NCBI GenBank assembly: GCA_051868045.1
Contig: JBJDZN010000076.1
Span: 71,194 to 135,193 of the forward strand
Direction: 5' to 3'
DNA: 64,000 nt
DNA from: Eubacteriales bacterium
GTDB taxonomy: Bacteria > Bacillota > Clostridia > Oscillospirales > CAG-272
A program made the position numbers and the translations under genes. The notes under the pieces are model-generated. The model made no database searches and was not told where the DNA came from. It saw nothing but the letters and a program-made list of their open reading frames with translations. Of this stretch, positions 1 to 10,394 are shown one piece after another (the stretch's first letter is position 1; every line of letters begins with the position of its first letter).

Positions 1-396
1 GCGTCGTCAACCTTCCAGAACAGGGGCGTCTTCCTGCGGGCTATGTTCGATGTCCGTCCCGAGCTGATCGGAACCGAGATCAGCGGGCTTCCGGTCTACG
101 ATTCTGCCGATCTGGACCGCTATTTTGCCGAAAATAAGGTGGATATTGCCGTTCTGGTGGTTCCCAAATCGGTTGCTCAGGATGTTGCCAATCAGGTCTG
201 CGCCCTTGGGGTCAAGGGAATCTGGAATTTCACCGGTGTCGAGCTGGTTCTCCCGACCGAGATCGCTGTCCAGAACGTACATATGGGGGATCTGCTCATG
301 ACCCTGTGCTATCAGATCCGGGTAGGGAACGAGGAATTGAAAAAATCCTTCGAGTCCGACGGTACCCAAAGGGAAGACCATGAAGATCAGGATTAA
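1..396 (+). CDS. rex: Redox-sensing transcriptional repressor Rex, C-terminal part (5' end outside the window)
   Basis: The frame is open from base 1. The Rossmann-type C-terminal region (DIAVLVVPKSVAQDVANQV...GVKGIWNFT) is typical of Rex. Confidence 0.8.
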   Translation, partial: ASSTFQNRGVFLRAMFDVRPELIGTEISGLPVYDSADLDRYFAENKVDIAVLVVPKSVAQDVANQVCALGVKGIWNFTGVELVLPTEIAVQNVHMGDLLMTLCYQIRVGNEELKKSFESDGTQREDHEDQD

Positions 397-1345
397 CTAT
401 GGTGAACAGGTGGTCGCCCTTCCCGGAAAGGTGATGTCCCTGATGAAGGATGCCGATGCCGTCGCCCTTAAAGTCCTGTTGATTCTGGCATCGTCGTCGG
501 GGGAGCAAACCGAAGTTTCCGCCCTTGCGGCAGCAGCGGGATGCAGTTCCGAGGATGCCGAAAAGGCATTGAATTTCTGGCGGCAGGCGGGAATCGTTTT
601 CGTGGACTCCAAGGCGACTGCCGTGACGATCACCGCTCATCAGGTGGACACGGCAAAGGTCAGTATTGTACACTCCGGCGAAATGCCCAGCTATACGGGC
701 AAGGAAATCGAGCGTCTGTTTGAGGCAAACGGCGAGCTTCGCAATTTCATTGACGAATGTCAGAGACTTCTGGGAAAACTGCTGTCCGTGTCCGAGATCA
801 ACAAGCTCATCGGACTGGTGGACTACTACCGCTTTTCCGGGGACTACGTTCTCCTGCTGGTAAAGCGGTGCGTGGAGATCGGCAAGGGATCGGTTCCCTA
901 TATCGTTCGCACGGCGATCTCCATGTACAACAGTGGAATCGTCACCATCGAGGCTCTGGAGGATAAGATCCGTGAGGAGGACGAGGTCCTTGCCATGGAG
1001 ACCACCCTTAGAAAACTTATGGGATGGGGCAAGCGTGCCCTGACCGACAAAGAAAAACGGTTCGTCAAATGCTGGACCGAGTGGCAGATTCCCGACGATA
1101 TGCTGGAGCTGGTCTATCAGATCACGGTGGATGCCACCAAGGGACCCTCCATGCCTTACATGAATAAGATTCTGACCAGCTGGCGGGAGGCGGGCTATAA
1201 GACGGCAAACGATGCCCGTGCCGCCATGGAGCAGTATAAACAGAAGAAGGCGGCAGCGACGGGCGGCTCCTCCTTCAACCGGGATGAATTTTTCGAGGCG
1301 GCAATCCGCCACAGTCTGGAAATCCACGGAAAATCAGAGGGCTGA
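380..1345 (+). CDS. DnaD-domain replication initiation/primosome protein
   Basis: 321-aa ORF with a DnaD/DnaB-C-like repeat (KLIGLVDYYRF..., LELVYQITVD...MPYMNKILTSWREAG). It overlaps the rex stop and precedes a helicase-loader gene. Confidence 0.75.
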   Translation: MKIRINYGEQVVALPGKVMSLMKDADAVALKVLLILASSSGEQTEVSALAAAAGCSSEDAEKALNFWRQAGIVFVDSKATAVTITAHQVDTAKVSIVHSGEMPSYTGKEIERLFEANGELRNFIDECQRLLGKLLSVSEINKLIGLVDYYRFSGDYVLLLVKRCVEIGKGSVPYIVRTAISMYNSGIVTIEALEDKIREEDEVLAMETTLRKLMGWGKRALTDKEKRFVKCWTEWQIPDDMLELVYQITVDATKGPSMPYMNKILTSWREAGYKTANDARAAMEQYKQKKAAATGGSSFNRDEFFEAAIRHSLEIHGKSEG

Positions 1346-1398
1346 CCGGCGGAAGATGCCTGATTTTTCGGGATTTTGATCAAAAGGGGTGAGTATCG

Positions 1399-2382
1399 GT
1401 GGGCTATAACCGTGAGAATTATATCCGGATCAAGCGGGAATATGAGGAAAAACGCTCTGCCGCAATGGAACTGGCAAGGGCGCATCAGAAGGAAATCCAT
1501 GAGCGGATCCCTGCCATTGCCCACATCGACAGTGAGTTGGCTGGAACCGGTCTCCAGATTATGAACGAGATTTCGGCGGGAAAATACCGCCTGAAGGATC
1601 GACTTGCCGAAGTTCGCCGGAACAACGAAAAGCTCCAGGCAGAGCGGGGAAGACTGCTGACCGCCTACGGCTATCCCGCAGACTATACCTTTCCTCATTT
1701 CGATTGCCCGAAATGTCAGGATACCGGCTTTGTGGATGCCAAAATGTGTTCCTGTATGCGGTTTCGTCTGACCATGGCGGGACTGGAAAGTTCGGGGCTG
1801 GGCAGACTGTTCGAAACCCAGAATTTTGATACCTTCAGTCTGAAATACTATCAAAATGACCCAAATACCTACCGCAAAATGACCTCTATTCTGGAAATTT
1901 GCAACGAATATGCCGAGAATTTCGACTCCTGCACCCGTGAGAATCTGCTGCTTTGCGGCAAAACGGGGCTGGGAAAAACCCATCTGTCCACAGCGATGGC
2001 GGGTACGATCATTTCCAAGGGGTATGAGGTGGTCTATGAGAGTGCCCAGAACCTGTTTGATGACTACTCAGCCGAGCGATTCGGCAGATCGACCGGGGGC
2101 AGGGAGCCGGATACAGCCCGGTATCTGGAGAGCGATCTTTTGATTATCGACGATCTGGGAACCGAAAGCGGCAACACCTTCACGGTCAGCTGCCTGTACA
2201 ATCTGCTGAACAGCCGCATCATCAGCGGAAAGCCCATGATTCTGAGTACCAACCTCAGCTCCGACGAACTGCAAAAGCGATACGGCGATCGGATTTTCTC
2301 CCGGCTGATCGGCGAGTTCACGGTTCTGCCCTTCGTGGGAACCGACGTGCGTATGCAGAAACGGTCGAACGGATCAATTTGA
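1399..2382 (+). CDS. Replicative helicase loader, DnaI/DnaC-like AAA+ ATPase
   Basis: GTG start with an SD. Zinc-ribbon motif CPKCQDTGF, Walker A GKTGLGKTHL and Walker B LLIIDDLG. Confidence 0.85.
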   Translation: MGYNRENYIRIKREYEEKRSAAMELARAHQKEIHERIPAIAHIDSELAGTGLQIMNEISAGKYRLKDRLAEVRRNNEKLQAERGRLLTAYGYPADYTFPHFDCPKCQDTGFVDAKMCSCMRFRLTMAGLESSGLGRLFETQNFDTFSLKYYQNDPNTYRKMTSILEICNEYAENFDSCTRENLLLCGKTGLGKTHLSTAMAGTIISKGYEVVYESAQNLFDDYSAERFGRSTGGREPDTARYLESDLLIIDDLGTESGNTFTVSCLYNLLNSRIISGKPMILSTNLSSDELQKRYGDRIFSRLIGEFTVLPFVGTDVRMQKRSNGSI

Positions 2383-2409
2383 AATCTGAAAAAGGAAAGA
2401 GACGAAGGA

Positions 2410-3189
2410 ATGTTTTACCGTGAACAGTTCGGGGAGCTTGTCATCGAGAAATCGGATATAATCGAAGTTCCCCACGCCTTTTCCACCCGATATGGAGGAG
2501 TCAGCAGCAAGGATTATCTTGCTACCCTGAATGTCGGCGAGAACCGGGGAGACTCGGAGGAGAATGTCCTTGAGAACATCGGACGGCTTCTTGCTCCCCT
2601 GGGTCATAGCCGCAAGACGGCAGTGCTGGCAAAACAGGTGCATTCGCTGAATGTCCGCCGGGTCACTCCGTCGGACGGCGGCAGAATGTTCGAGGACACC
2701 GACGGCTTTGTGACCGATCAGAAGGGAATTGCCCTGATGGTGAAAATTGCAGACTGCGTTCCCATTCTCCTCTGGGATCCTGAGGGCGGCGTGATCGCTG
2801 CCCTTCATGCCGGATGGCGGGGAAGTGCCGGCGGAATTGCCGGGGTGGGCGTCCGGTCCATGGCGGCACTTGGTGCCGATCGACGACGGATACGGGCGGC
2901 AATCGGCGCTTGCATTCACGTCTGCTGCTATGAGGTACAGAACGATTTTGTCGATGCCATGACCGCCCTTGCGGGAAAAGAACTTGCAGATGGGTGTATC
3001 ACCCGAAGACAGGGCAAAATCTATGCCGACCTTCCCGAGCTGAACCGCCGGATGCTGCTTCTGTCCGGACTTTCGGAGGAGAATATTGACCTCAATCCCG
3101 CCTGCACCTGCTGTCATCCCGATCGCTATTTTTCCCATCGGGCAAGCGGCGGACAAAGGGGAACCATGGCGGCGGTGATTTCACTGTGA
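2410..3189 (+). CDS. pgeF: Peptidoglycan editing factor PgeF / YfiH (DUF152, laccase-domain) family
   Basis: Motifs ADCVPILLWDP, ALHAGWRG and GACIHVCCYEV, with the C-terminal SHR. Confidence 0.85.
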   Translation: MFYREQFGELVIEKSDIIEVPHAFSTRYGGVSSKDYLATLNVGENRGDSEENVLENIGRLLAPLGHSRKTAVLAKQVHSLNVRRVTPSDGGRMFEDTDGFVTDQKGIALMVKIADCVPILLWDPEGGVIAALHAGWRGSAGGIAGVGVRSMAALGADRRRIRAAIGACIHVCCYEVQNDFVDAMTALAGKELADGCITRRQGKIYADLPELNRRMLLLSGLSEENIDLNPACTCCHPDRYFSHRASGGQRGTMAAVISL

Positions 3190-3406
3190 AGATAGGAATC
3201 TATTGTGATTTATTGTGATCTTTTGGTGAATTTTGCGCAGATTGCGGTTTTGTTCAGAGTTTGTTTAAATATCCATGGTATACTGATCGGTGGCAAGTCA
3301 TGATCGGAATGTGAATTATGTGAATACGGATAAAATACTATTTGCGGGACCCTGAATAAGGTTTGGCAAATTGCAATAGGAGAAAGCAATATCAGAAAGG
3401 AATTTA

Positions 3407-4438
3407 GTGCCAATGATTAAGATTGAGAATCTGGGAAAGCGGTACGGAGACAAATGGGTGGTGGATCATATCAGCTTTTCCGTAGAAGAGGGCGAGATCG
3501 TGGGATTTCTCGGACCCAACGGAGCGGGGAAGACAACCACCATGTCCATGCTGACCGGCTTTTTGTCCTCCACCGAGGGAAGTGCTGAGATCAACGGAAT
3601 CAATATTCTGGACGAGCCTATCCGGGCAAAGAAGGAGATCGGTTATCTGCCCGAAATGCCCCCTCTCTACATGGAGATGACCGTCAGGGAGTATTTGAAC
3701 TTCATTTATGATCTGAAGGGTTGTCATCTCAACCGTGCCAAGCATCTGAAGGAGATCTGCGACACCGTTCGGATCAGCGACGTGTACGACAGAGTGATCC
3801 GCAACCTGTCCAAGGGATACCGTCAGCGTGTGGGCATTGCACAGGCACTGGTGGGCAATCCCAAGGTTATCATTTTCGACGAGCCTACCGTGGGTCTGGA
3901 CCCCAAGCAGATCATCGAGATCCGTAACCTGATCAAAACGCTGGGCAAGAACCATACGGTCATCCTGTCCACCCATATTCTCCCCGAGGTTCAGGCGGTC
4001 TGCGACCGGATCATCATTATCAACAAGGGCAAGATCGTCGCCAATGAGCGCACCGACGATATTTCCAAGATGTTCAGCGGCAACCGCCGGTTGACGCTGA
4101 AAATTTGCGGACCTCAGAAGGAGGTTCTGAACGCCCTCCGTTCGGTGAACGGAGTCAGCTACGCCGAGGTGCTGGGCAATCATGATACCGATTCCACGTC
4201 CTATCTGGTGGAGTGCGAGGCAGGACTGGATGTCCGTAAGCCTCTGTCCCGAACCGTTTCGTCAAACGGCTGGATTATGATCGGAATGGAGTCCATGGGG
4301 GCAAGTCTTGAGGATATTTTCCTTGCCGTCGTGGATGCTCCAGAGCCTGTGCGTAAAAAGAGGCGCAGGAACCGGGACGCCGCCGGTCAGAAGAACGACG
4401 CTAAGGATCAGAACATCCAGAAGGAGGATCAGAAATAA
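3407..4438 (+). CDS. ABC transporter ATP-binding protein (ABC-2 / GldA-like) with a Lys/Arg-rich C-terminal tail
   Basis: Walker A GPNGAGKTT, signature LSKGYRQR and Walker B IIFDEPTVGLD. The start is either GTG 3407 or ATG 3413. Confidence 0.9.
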   Translation: MPMIKIENLGKRYGDKWVVDHISFSVEEGEIVGFLGPNGAGKTTTMSMLTGFLSSTEGSAEINGINILDEPIRAKKEIGYLPEMPPLYMEMTVREYLNFIYDLKGCHLNRAKHLKEICDTVRISDVYDRVIRNLSKGYRQRVGIAQALVGNPKVIIFDEPTVGLDPKQIIEIRNLIKTLGKNHTVILSTHILPEVQAVCDRIIIINKGKIVANERTDDISKMFSGNRRLTLKICGPQKEVLNALRSVNGVSYAEVLGNHDTDSTSYLVECEAGLDVRKPLSRTVSSNGWIMIGMESMGASLEDIFLAVVDAPEPVRKKRRRNRDAAGQKNDAKDQNIQKEDQK

Positions 4439-4440
4439 TT

Positions 4441-5148
4441 ATGTTTGCCATCTTCAAGAGAGAGCTTCGCTCCTATTTTGTATCGCCCATCGGTTACATT
4501 TTCGTGGCAGTCTTTTTGATTGCCAGTGGACTGATTTTCTCCTACTGCACGCTGCAGCAGGGCGCAAATTCATCGGTTTCTGCCTATTTTTCCATGCTGC
4601 TTGTGGTTTACATCGTGGTACTGCCCCTGCTGACCATGAAACTGTTTGCCGATGAAAAGAAATCCCGTACCGAGCAACTGCTGCTGACCTCCCCCGTCAG
4701 CCTGATGGGTATGGTTTGCGCAAAGTTTTTTGCCGCCTACACGGTATTTGCGGCAACCTATCTGGTATCCTGCATCAGCTTCCTTGCTCTCTATCAGTAC
4801 GGAAATCCCAACGGTGCCGTTCTGTTCGGTTCCTCGCTGGCGATCCTTCTGGCAGGTGCTGCCTGCATTGCCATCGGCGTGTTCATTTCATCGCTGACCG
4901 AGAATCAGCTGATTGCGGCACTGCTGACCATGGGCGTTATCGTCCTGTTCGTTATGGCATCGGCATTCAATGCCTTTATCGACACCTATGTGATCCGTGC
5001 CGTTCTGAGCTGGGTTTCCATTCTGGAGCGTCTGAGCAGCTTTACCTACGGATATTTCGATATTCAGGCATTGATCTATTATATTTCCATCACCTTCGTC
5101 TTCCTGTTCCTGACGGTACGCGTGTATGACAAGCGTCGCTGGGAATAA
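4441..5148 (+). CDS. ABC-2 type permease (GldF-like)
   Basis: 235-aa polytopic membrane protein. It starts 3 nt after the ATPase stop. Confidence 0.8.
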   Translation: MFAIFKRELRSYFVSPIGYIFVAVFLIASGLIFSYCTLQQGANSSVSAYFSMLLVVYIVVLPLLTMKLFADEKKSRTEQLLLTSPVSLMGMVCAKFFAAYTVFAATYLVSCISFLALYQYGNPNGAVLFGSSLAILLAGAACIAIGVFISSLTENQLIAALLTMGVIVLFVMASAFNAFIDTYVIRAVLSWVSILERLSSFTYGYFDIQALIYYISITFVFLFLTVRVYDKRRWE

Positions 5149-5252
5149 AGATGGCTCCGGCGGACAGAATTTGATCTCCATGGTGCAGAGGAGTCTGACA
5201 CCAAGGGGACGATACGATGACGAGACAATAAGGAAAGGAAACGGTTTCAACC

Positions 5253-6923
5253 ATGAAAACGAAGAATAAACGGATTCATCGCTCGCTGTCAACGCTGTTG
5301 ACGGTCGGTGTCGTTATTGCCGTGATCCTTGTGAATGTTCTGCTGTCGGCTTTCCTCGGGGACGAGGTGCTGACGGTTGATATGACCAAAGAGGGCTTCA
5401 ACGAGATTTCCGACGAGTCCAAGGCTCTTCTGAGTGAAATCAAGCCGGAAGAGAACCATTTTACCATTTATTTCCTTGCCGACAAGGATGAGCTTCAGTC
5501 GGCAGAGATGGGTTACAATAACGCAACCTCAGGATCGACCACCAACCTTTGGGGAATGAAATACGTCTGGGAACTGGCGCAGACCTTTGCGCAGACCTAC
5601 GACTTTATCACGGTGGAGACCCTTCATATCCAGCGGGATGCGGACAAGCTGGAGGCGTTCCGCTCCACGGCGGGAACCACCTTCTCCAAGCAGGATGTCA
5701 TTATTGACAACTATACTCAGGAAGTGGACAGCGAAGGCAATCCCCTGGTGGACAGCGAAGGCAATCCTGTCATGCACCACAATTTCCGTATCTGTAAGCG
5801 GGACTCCTTCTATACGACCGACTCCTCTACCGGTTACGCCTTCGCCTTCAACGGCGATCTGCGCTTCACTTCCACCATTCTCTCTCTGGCGGGAGCCAAT
5901 CCGGTCGTCTATTTTGTGACCGGTCACGGTGAGAGCGTGGGAGATGACACGACGCTGGATGCTTCCATGATGGCTGACTACGGAGAGGCTCAGGCACTGC
6001 GGGATCTGCTCTTCAAGGCGGGCTTTGTCACCAAGAAGATCAATCTGCAAACCGAGTACCGGGAGCTGTTTGAAGATGACAGCGCAAGACTGCTGGTACT
6101 GTACGGACCCACCTCCGATTTTATCGTAGAGGACGGTCAGGTCAGTGAGATCGACATTTTGAGGAAGTTCCTGTCCTATGAGGATCATCACGCCATGGTC
6201 TTCTTTGCCGATGAGGCAGAGGAACAGCCCAATCTGCAGGAATATTTCTGGGATTACTGGGGTGTCCGGACGACGGATAACACGGTGGTGGATTCGGGAA
6301 CCAACAGCCTGACTCCGGACGGAAAGACCTTCCTGGCGGCATATGAAACCGACCCTTACAGCGTGGGAATCAATCTGACCAGCAGTCTCTCAGGGCTGAC
6401 CTCCAGTCCCGCAGCGGTGTTCAGGAATGCCCGGGTACTGGAGATGTCCGATGCCTTCCTGCAAAACAACGGATTTTATGAGTTCATGGTGACAACCTAT
6501 GTGGGATCGGTCTTCCTGGCACCGACCAGTGCTGCTGCGGTGGATGCCGATGGCAGTCAGGTTGCCGACTATGAGACCGCCGGTCAGGGCTCGGTAATGG
6601 CACTGTCCTTCGCCAGCCGCTATTCTGACGATAACCGCGAGGTTTCCAATTATACGCTCTTTTGCAGTGGAACCGGATTTGCCGACAGCGATCTGATCGA
6701 AAGTACCGCCTACTGTAACAGCGACGTCCTGTTCTATGCCATGCGTCTGATGGCAAAGGAGACCGTTCCCTTTGAGATCGACTTCAAGGTGATCGAGGGG
6801 CAGGCATTGGAATCGGTGGGAACGTCGGATGTGATCGCATGGACGGTCTGCCTTTGCGGACTGGTTCCCGTGACCATGCTGATACTGGGCACGGTGGTCT
6901 ATGTGAAGAGAAGACACAGATAA
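5253..6923 (+). CDS. GldG-like ABC-transporter auxiliary protein, paralog 1
   Basis: N- and C-terminal TM anchors, GHGE motif (FVTGHGESVGDD) and C-terminal tail KRRHR. Gene context with the ABC-2 pair supports the call. Confidence 0.7.
   Translation: MKTKNKRIHRSLSTLLTVGVVIAVILVNVLLSAFLGDEVLTVDMTKEGFNEISDESKALLSEIKPEENHFTIYFLADKDELQSAEMGYNNATSGSTTNLWGMKYVWELAQTFAQTYDFITVETLHIQRDADKLEAFRSTAGTTFSKQDVIIDNYTQEVDSEGNPLVDSEGNPVMHHNFRICKRDSFYTTDSSTGYAFAFNGDLRFTSTILSLAGANPVVYFVTGHGESVGDDTTLDASMMADYGEAQALRDLLFKAGFVTKKINLQTEYRELFEDDSARLLVLYGPTSDFIVEDGQVSEIDILRKFLSYEDHHAMVFFADEAEEQPNLQEYFWDYWGVRTTDNTVVDSGTNSLTPDGKTFLAAYETDPYSVGINLTSSLSGLTSSPAAVFRNARVLEMSDAFLQNNGFYEFMVTTYVGSVFLAPTSAAAVDADGSQVADYETAGQGSVMALSFASRYSDDNREVSNYTLFCSGTGFADSDLIESTAYCNSDVLFYAMRLMAKETVPFEIDFKVIEGQALESVGTSDVIAWTVCLCGLVPVTMLILGTVVYVKRRHR
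5724..5771 (+). repeat. In-frame 24-nt tandem duplication inside GldG-like paralog 1
   Basis: GTGGACAGCGAAGGCAATCCCCTG / GTGGACAGCGAAGGCAATCCTGTC (VDSEGNPL/VDSEGNPV), 22 of 24 identical. Confidence 0.9.
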
Positions 6924-6938
6924 GAAGGGACGGACAAG

Positions 6939-8501
6939 ATGAATCTGCTTAAGAAAAAGAACTTCCGATTCGGCAGTCTTGCAGTTGTGCTGTCCGCAGT
7001 CGTGATCGCCGTGATCGTGGTGGTCAACGTGATCATCAGCAGTCTGGCGACGAAATACGGTTGGTACTTTGATATGACCTCTGAGAATCTTTATCAGGTC
7101 TCGGATGAGAGCATAGAGCTTCTGTCGGCGGTTGACGGCACGAAAAATCAGGTTACGATCTACTTTCTCACCGATAAGGACAGACTTGGACAGGGCGTCA
7201 GCTCTTCCGACTATTACGGAGAGTCGGGCTACTGGGGCATGGCACCGATCCATGAACTGGCAAAACAGCTTGCCGATACGTTCTCTTTTATTTCGGTTGA
7301 TTATATCAATCTGACCAGCGATCCTGATCGACTGCGGGAAATTGTCGGGTCTGACTATGAAGATTCCTATTTCAGTCAGACGGTTATCCTCATTGATAAC
7401 TATACCGAATATACCGACACTTCAGGAAATGTCTACGACAGCGCACATAACTATCGGGTTTATGCCAGAGAATCCTTCTATACCTACGATTACACCACGA
7501 CAACGGTTGCCGCCTTCCTGGGGGATTACCGTTTCTGCAGTGCCATCCGCTCAATCACGGTTGAACCGGATCAGGCTCCCATCGCCTACTTCCTGTCGGG
7601 ACACGGCGAGAGTATTGGCAGCTATGACCGGACGGCGGAGGATCAGACCTCGATTGATTACGGCGATGCCCAGTCCCTCTGGCAGATTTTCCGGGACTGC
7701 GGATATGAGATCCGGAAGATTGACCTGCGGTATGAGAACTTTGATCCCGATCGGGACGGCGTTGCGGTCATCTATGCGCCGGTGTCCGACTATATCAGTC
7801 AGACCACATCGGAGCAGTTTGACGAAATCGCAAAGCTGTCTGCCTATCTGGATTACGGTAATCATTCACTGATGGCGTTCCTAGACCCCAAGGAGGGAAG
7901 TCTTTCTAACCTGGAGAGCTTCCTCGGGCAGACGGCAGGTGTTACCTTCGTTCAGCAGAAACTCAAGGACAACGGTCAGAACAGCGTGTCTGTGGACGGA
8001 TACAGTCTGGTGGGTCAGCCTGTGGAAGACAATCCGATCCTTGCCGATCTTTCCAAGGTGTACACCGAGGGAGAGAAAACCATCTTCCAGACCGCCCGTC
8101 CTTTGACGTTGGAGGAAGGAAAGGGTGCGGTATCCCTCTATCAGGTTCCCTCCAGTGTTCAGAATGACGGCTATACCGGTGCAGGCGTCGATTCGCTCCT
8201 GGCACTGACCACTACCCCTGCCGGCGGGCAGATATTGACCTGCGGAACCTCAAAGCTGGTGGACAGTGTCTATATGGACAGCGATATTTACGCCAATCAC
8301 GATCTGATGCTTCGCATATTGGATGATATGAACGATTCCGACCGGGTGTCCTTCGGAATTCCCATGAAGGTGATCCGCAATGAGGGACTGGATCTGACCA
8401 CCCATCAGGCGAATGTTCTGAGCGTTGTGATCACGTTGGGTCTGCCCTTGGTATTCGCCGTTGCGGGCACGATTGTATATATAAGGAGGAGACACTCTTG
8501 A
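6939..8501 (+). CDS. GldG-like ABC-transporter auxiliary protein, paralog 2
   Basis: Same architecture as paralog 1 (FLSGHGESIGSY, C-terminal RRRHS). It can be aligned by eye with paralog 1 (xTIYFLxDKD..., GMxxxxELAxxxA). Confidence 0.7.
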   Translation: MNLLKKKNFRFGSLAVVLSAVVIAVIVVVNVIISSLATKYGWYFDMTSENLYQVSDESIELLSAVDGTKNQVTIYFLTDKDRLGQGVSSSDYYGESGYWGMAPIHELAKQLADTFSFISVDYINLTSDPDRLREIVGSDYEDSYFSQTVILIDNYTEYTDTSGNVYDSAHNYRVYARESFYTYDYTTTTVAAFLGDYRFCSAIRSITVEPDQAPIAYFLSGHGESIGSYDRTAEDQTSIDYGDAQSLWQIFRDCGYEIRKIDLRYENFDPDRDGVAVIYAPVSDYISQTTSEQFDEIAKLSAYLDYGNHSLMAFLDPKEGSLSNLESFLGQTAGVTFVQQKLKDNGQNSVSVDGYSLVGQPVEDNPILADLSKVYTEGEKTIFQTARPLTLEEGKGAVSLYQVPSSVQNDGYTGAGVDSLLALTTTPAGGQILTCGTSKLVDSVYMDSDIYANHDLMLRILDDMNDSDRVSFGIPMKVIRNEGLDLTTHQANVLSVVITLGLPLVFAVAGTIVYIRRRHS

Positions 8502-10336
8502 TAAACGATGAAAAGAAAACGACAGAATCCCAAAGAAAAGGCTTTTCGCATGGTCAAAGGGATCTGATTATCGGACTCACCGTGGTTTTCGGTGTTCTCC
8601 TGCTGGCTTACCTCTTCATTATTCGTCCCCTTATGAAGGATGATACGGTGGATACAACCTCAAATGTGGAGTTGATCTGGTCGGATGAGGTGGCTTACAG
8701 CAGTTCGTCCCTCCTGCTCTATCCGAATGTGACCAGAGATCAGATAAAGGAAATCGCCGTTCACAATCCGAAGAATGATACCAATTATGTGGATTGGGGC
8801 TTCTACTATAACGAAACCGATAATGATGAACTGGGATTGGATGCCGATACTTTCTACCTGACCAACTTTGAGTATGCCGCATTTGACGAAACTCAGCTGT
8901 CCTATTTCGTGACGGCAGCAGGTTTCGTGGCATGCTCCGCACGAGTTGAGGATCACTGCACCGATTTTTCCAGATACGGTCTTGACTGCGATCTGAATGA
9001 TCTTTCGGATAAAATCTACTACACCCTGATTCTGCGGAACGGAAGTCAGCAAACGGTTTTGATCGGGGATCGGACCCCTTCCGGAACCGGATATTATGTC
9101 CGCAGCCTGAACGAGTCCACCAATCTGCAGACCGGCGAGACCATGATTCGGGATTCGGTATATGTTCTGTCCGACATTTACTTCTCCAATACCATTCTGG
9201 CAACGCCCATGGCAATGGTAACGCCCTATTTGGGCTATCCCGCCAACAGTGCCGAGGCTCTTCAGGCATTTGCCTATTGGGTCAATGAGGAAAAGTATTA
9301 TTACGTTCCCGAAGGCGAGACCGAACTGGCATGGAACGCCGCATTTGTTGCAGTTCCCGTCAGCACCGATGTTACCGATCCTTTTTCGGTATTCTCCGGA
9401 TTGGCGGTCTATTCCACAGTGACCCCCAAAGGCTACTATTCTTCCTCCGAAATGGCAAATCTCGGTGAAATGTTCACCGATTTTGAGGGAGACAGCGTTG
9501 TGGAACTGGGTATTCCCATGTCCGATGAGGAAGGCGAGTATATCGGATTCCCCATGGAAACGCTGGAAAAGTATTATCTGGACGATGAAAACGTTCAGTA
9601 TCAGCTGCTCTATAAGGCAAACGGCATTGAAAATGTGATCCGATTCAGTAAATTGCAGGATGACGGCACCTACTATGCCTATTCGCTGGTCTTCAATGTC
9701 ATCTGTAAGATCAGTGCCTCCAATGTTGCCTTTCTGGAATGGGACGTGGACTCCTTCATTCTTGCGCATACCTTCTTCCTGGCAATCGACAACTGTCAGT
9801 CCTTCTCCGTCAGCGGCAGCTACTTTGACCTTGGCGTTGAGCAGCCCTATCGAGACGGGCTGATGAACGTGGACTGCGTCTTCCGTATGGAGGGTTCGGG
9901 CAGTGCGTTGGTGGTAACCGAGCGGGCGACCGGTAAGAAGGTGGAGGTCTCCAACTTCCGGAAGCTGTACACCATTATGCTTCAGCTTGACATCCGCAAG
10001 GAAATGGAAGAGGACGAAATCGAAGCGGCGATGCAGCAGGATCCCATGGCGACAGTCACCGTTGTAACCCGTGAGACTTACACCTACAAAACCGATGATG
10101 CCGGCAATAAGACCGACGAAATTGCCGGAATCCGACCCAGTGTTACCCGAATCTTCCGTTTCTATGAAGTGACCGGCGGCAGATGTCTGATCACCATTGA
10201 AGATATTGACGAGACGGGCAAATCGCTGGGCGAAAACGGCAGTTTCTACGGTATGACCGCTACGGTACAGAAGCTGCTGGCTTCAACGCTGGATCTGATG
10301 AATGATGTCTATATCGACACCTCAATCCGCGGTTGA
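8498..10336 (+). CDS. Membrane-anchored extracytoplasmic protein, DUF4340-like (assigned mainly by context)
   Basis: TTG start inside the previous stop (cTTGAta), preceded by AAGGAGG. It has one N-terminal TM helix. Its position after GldG genes is typical of DUF4340. Confidence 0.5.
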   Translation: MINDEKKTTESQRKGFSHGQRDLIIGLTVVFGVLLLAYLFIIRPLMKDDTVDTTSNVELIWSDEVAYSSSSLLLYPNVTRDQIKEIAVHNPKNDTNYVDWGFYYNETDNDELGLDADTFYLTNFEYAAFDETQLSYFVTAAGFVACSARVEDHCTDFSRYGLDCDLNDLSDKIYYTLILRNGSQQTVLIGDRTPSGTGYYVRSLNESTNLQTGETMIRDSVYVLSDIYFSNTILATPMAMVTPYLGYPANSAEALQAFAYWVNEEKYYYVPEGETELAWNAAFVAVPVSTDVTDPFSVFSGLAVYSTVTPKGYYSSSEMANLGEMFTDFEGDSVVELGIPMSDEEGEYIGFPMETLEKYYLDDENVQYQLLYKANGIENVIRFSKLQDDGTYYAYSLVFNVICKISASNVAFLEWDVDSFILAHTFFLAIDNCQSFSVSGSYFDLGVEQPYRDGLMNVDCVFRMEGSGSALVVTERATGKKVEVSNFRKLYTIMLQLDIRKEMEEDEIEAAMQQDPMATVTVVTRETYTYKTDDAGNKTDEIAGIRPSVTRIFRFYEVTGGRCLITIEDIDETGKSLGENGSFYGMTATVQKLLASTLDLMNDVYIDTSIRG

Positions 10337-10394
10337 TTTTGCCGGAGGTTTTTTTCGGGAAAACGGAAAAATGTGAAGGGGTTGTTCTGAGGCT

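Noticed and set aside
380-2382. The DnaD-like plus DnaC/IstB-like pair as a prophage or IS21 remnant.
   Set aside because: There is no transposase (IstA), no phage genes and no terminal repeats nearby. The zinc-ribbon N-terminus and the housekeeping neighbours fit the chromosomal helicase-loading pair of Clostridia.
3190-3406. A Rex operator upstream of the ABC operon, considered because rex is nearby.
   Set aside because: Rex sites are inverted repeats of the TTGTGAA-N-TTCACAA type. Only direct repeats of TGTGA-containing words are present here.
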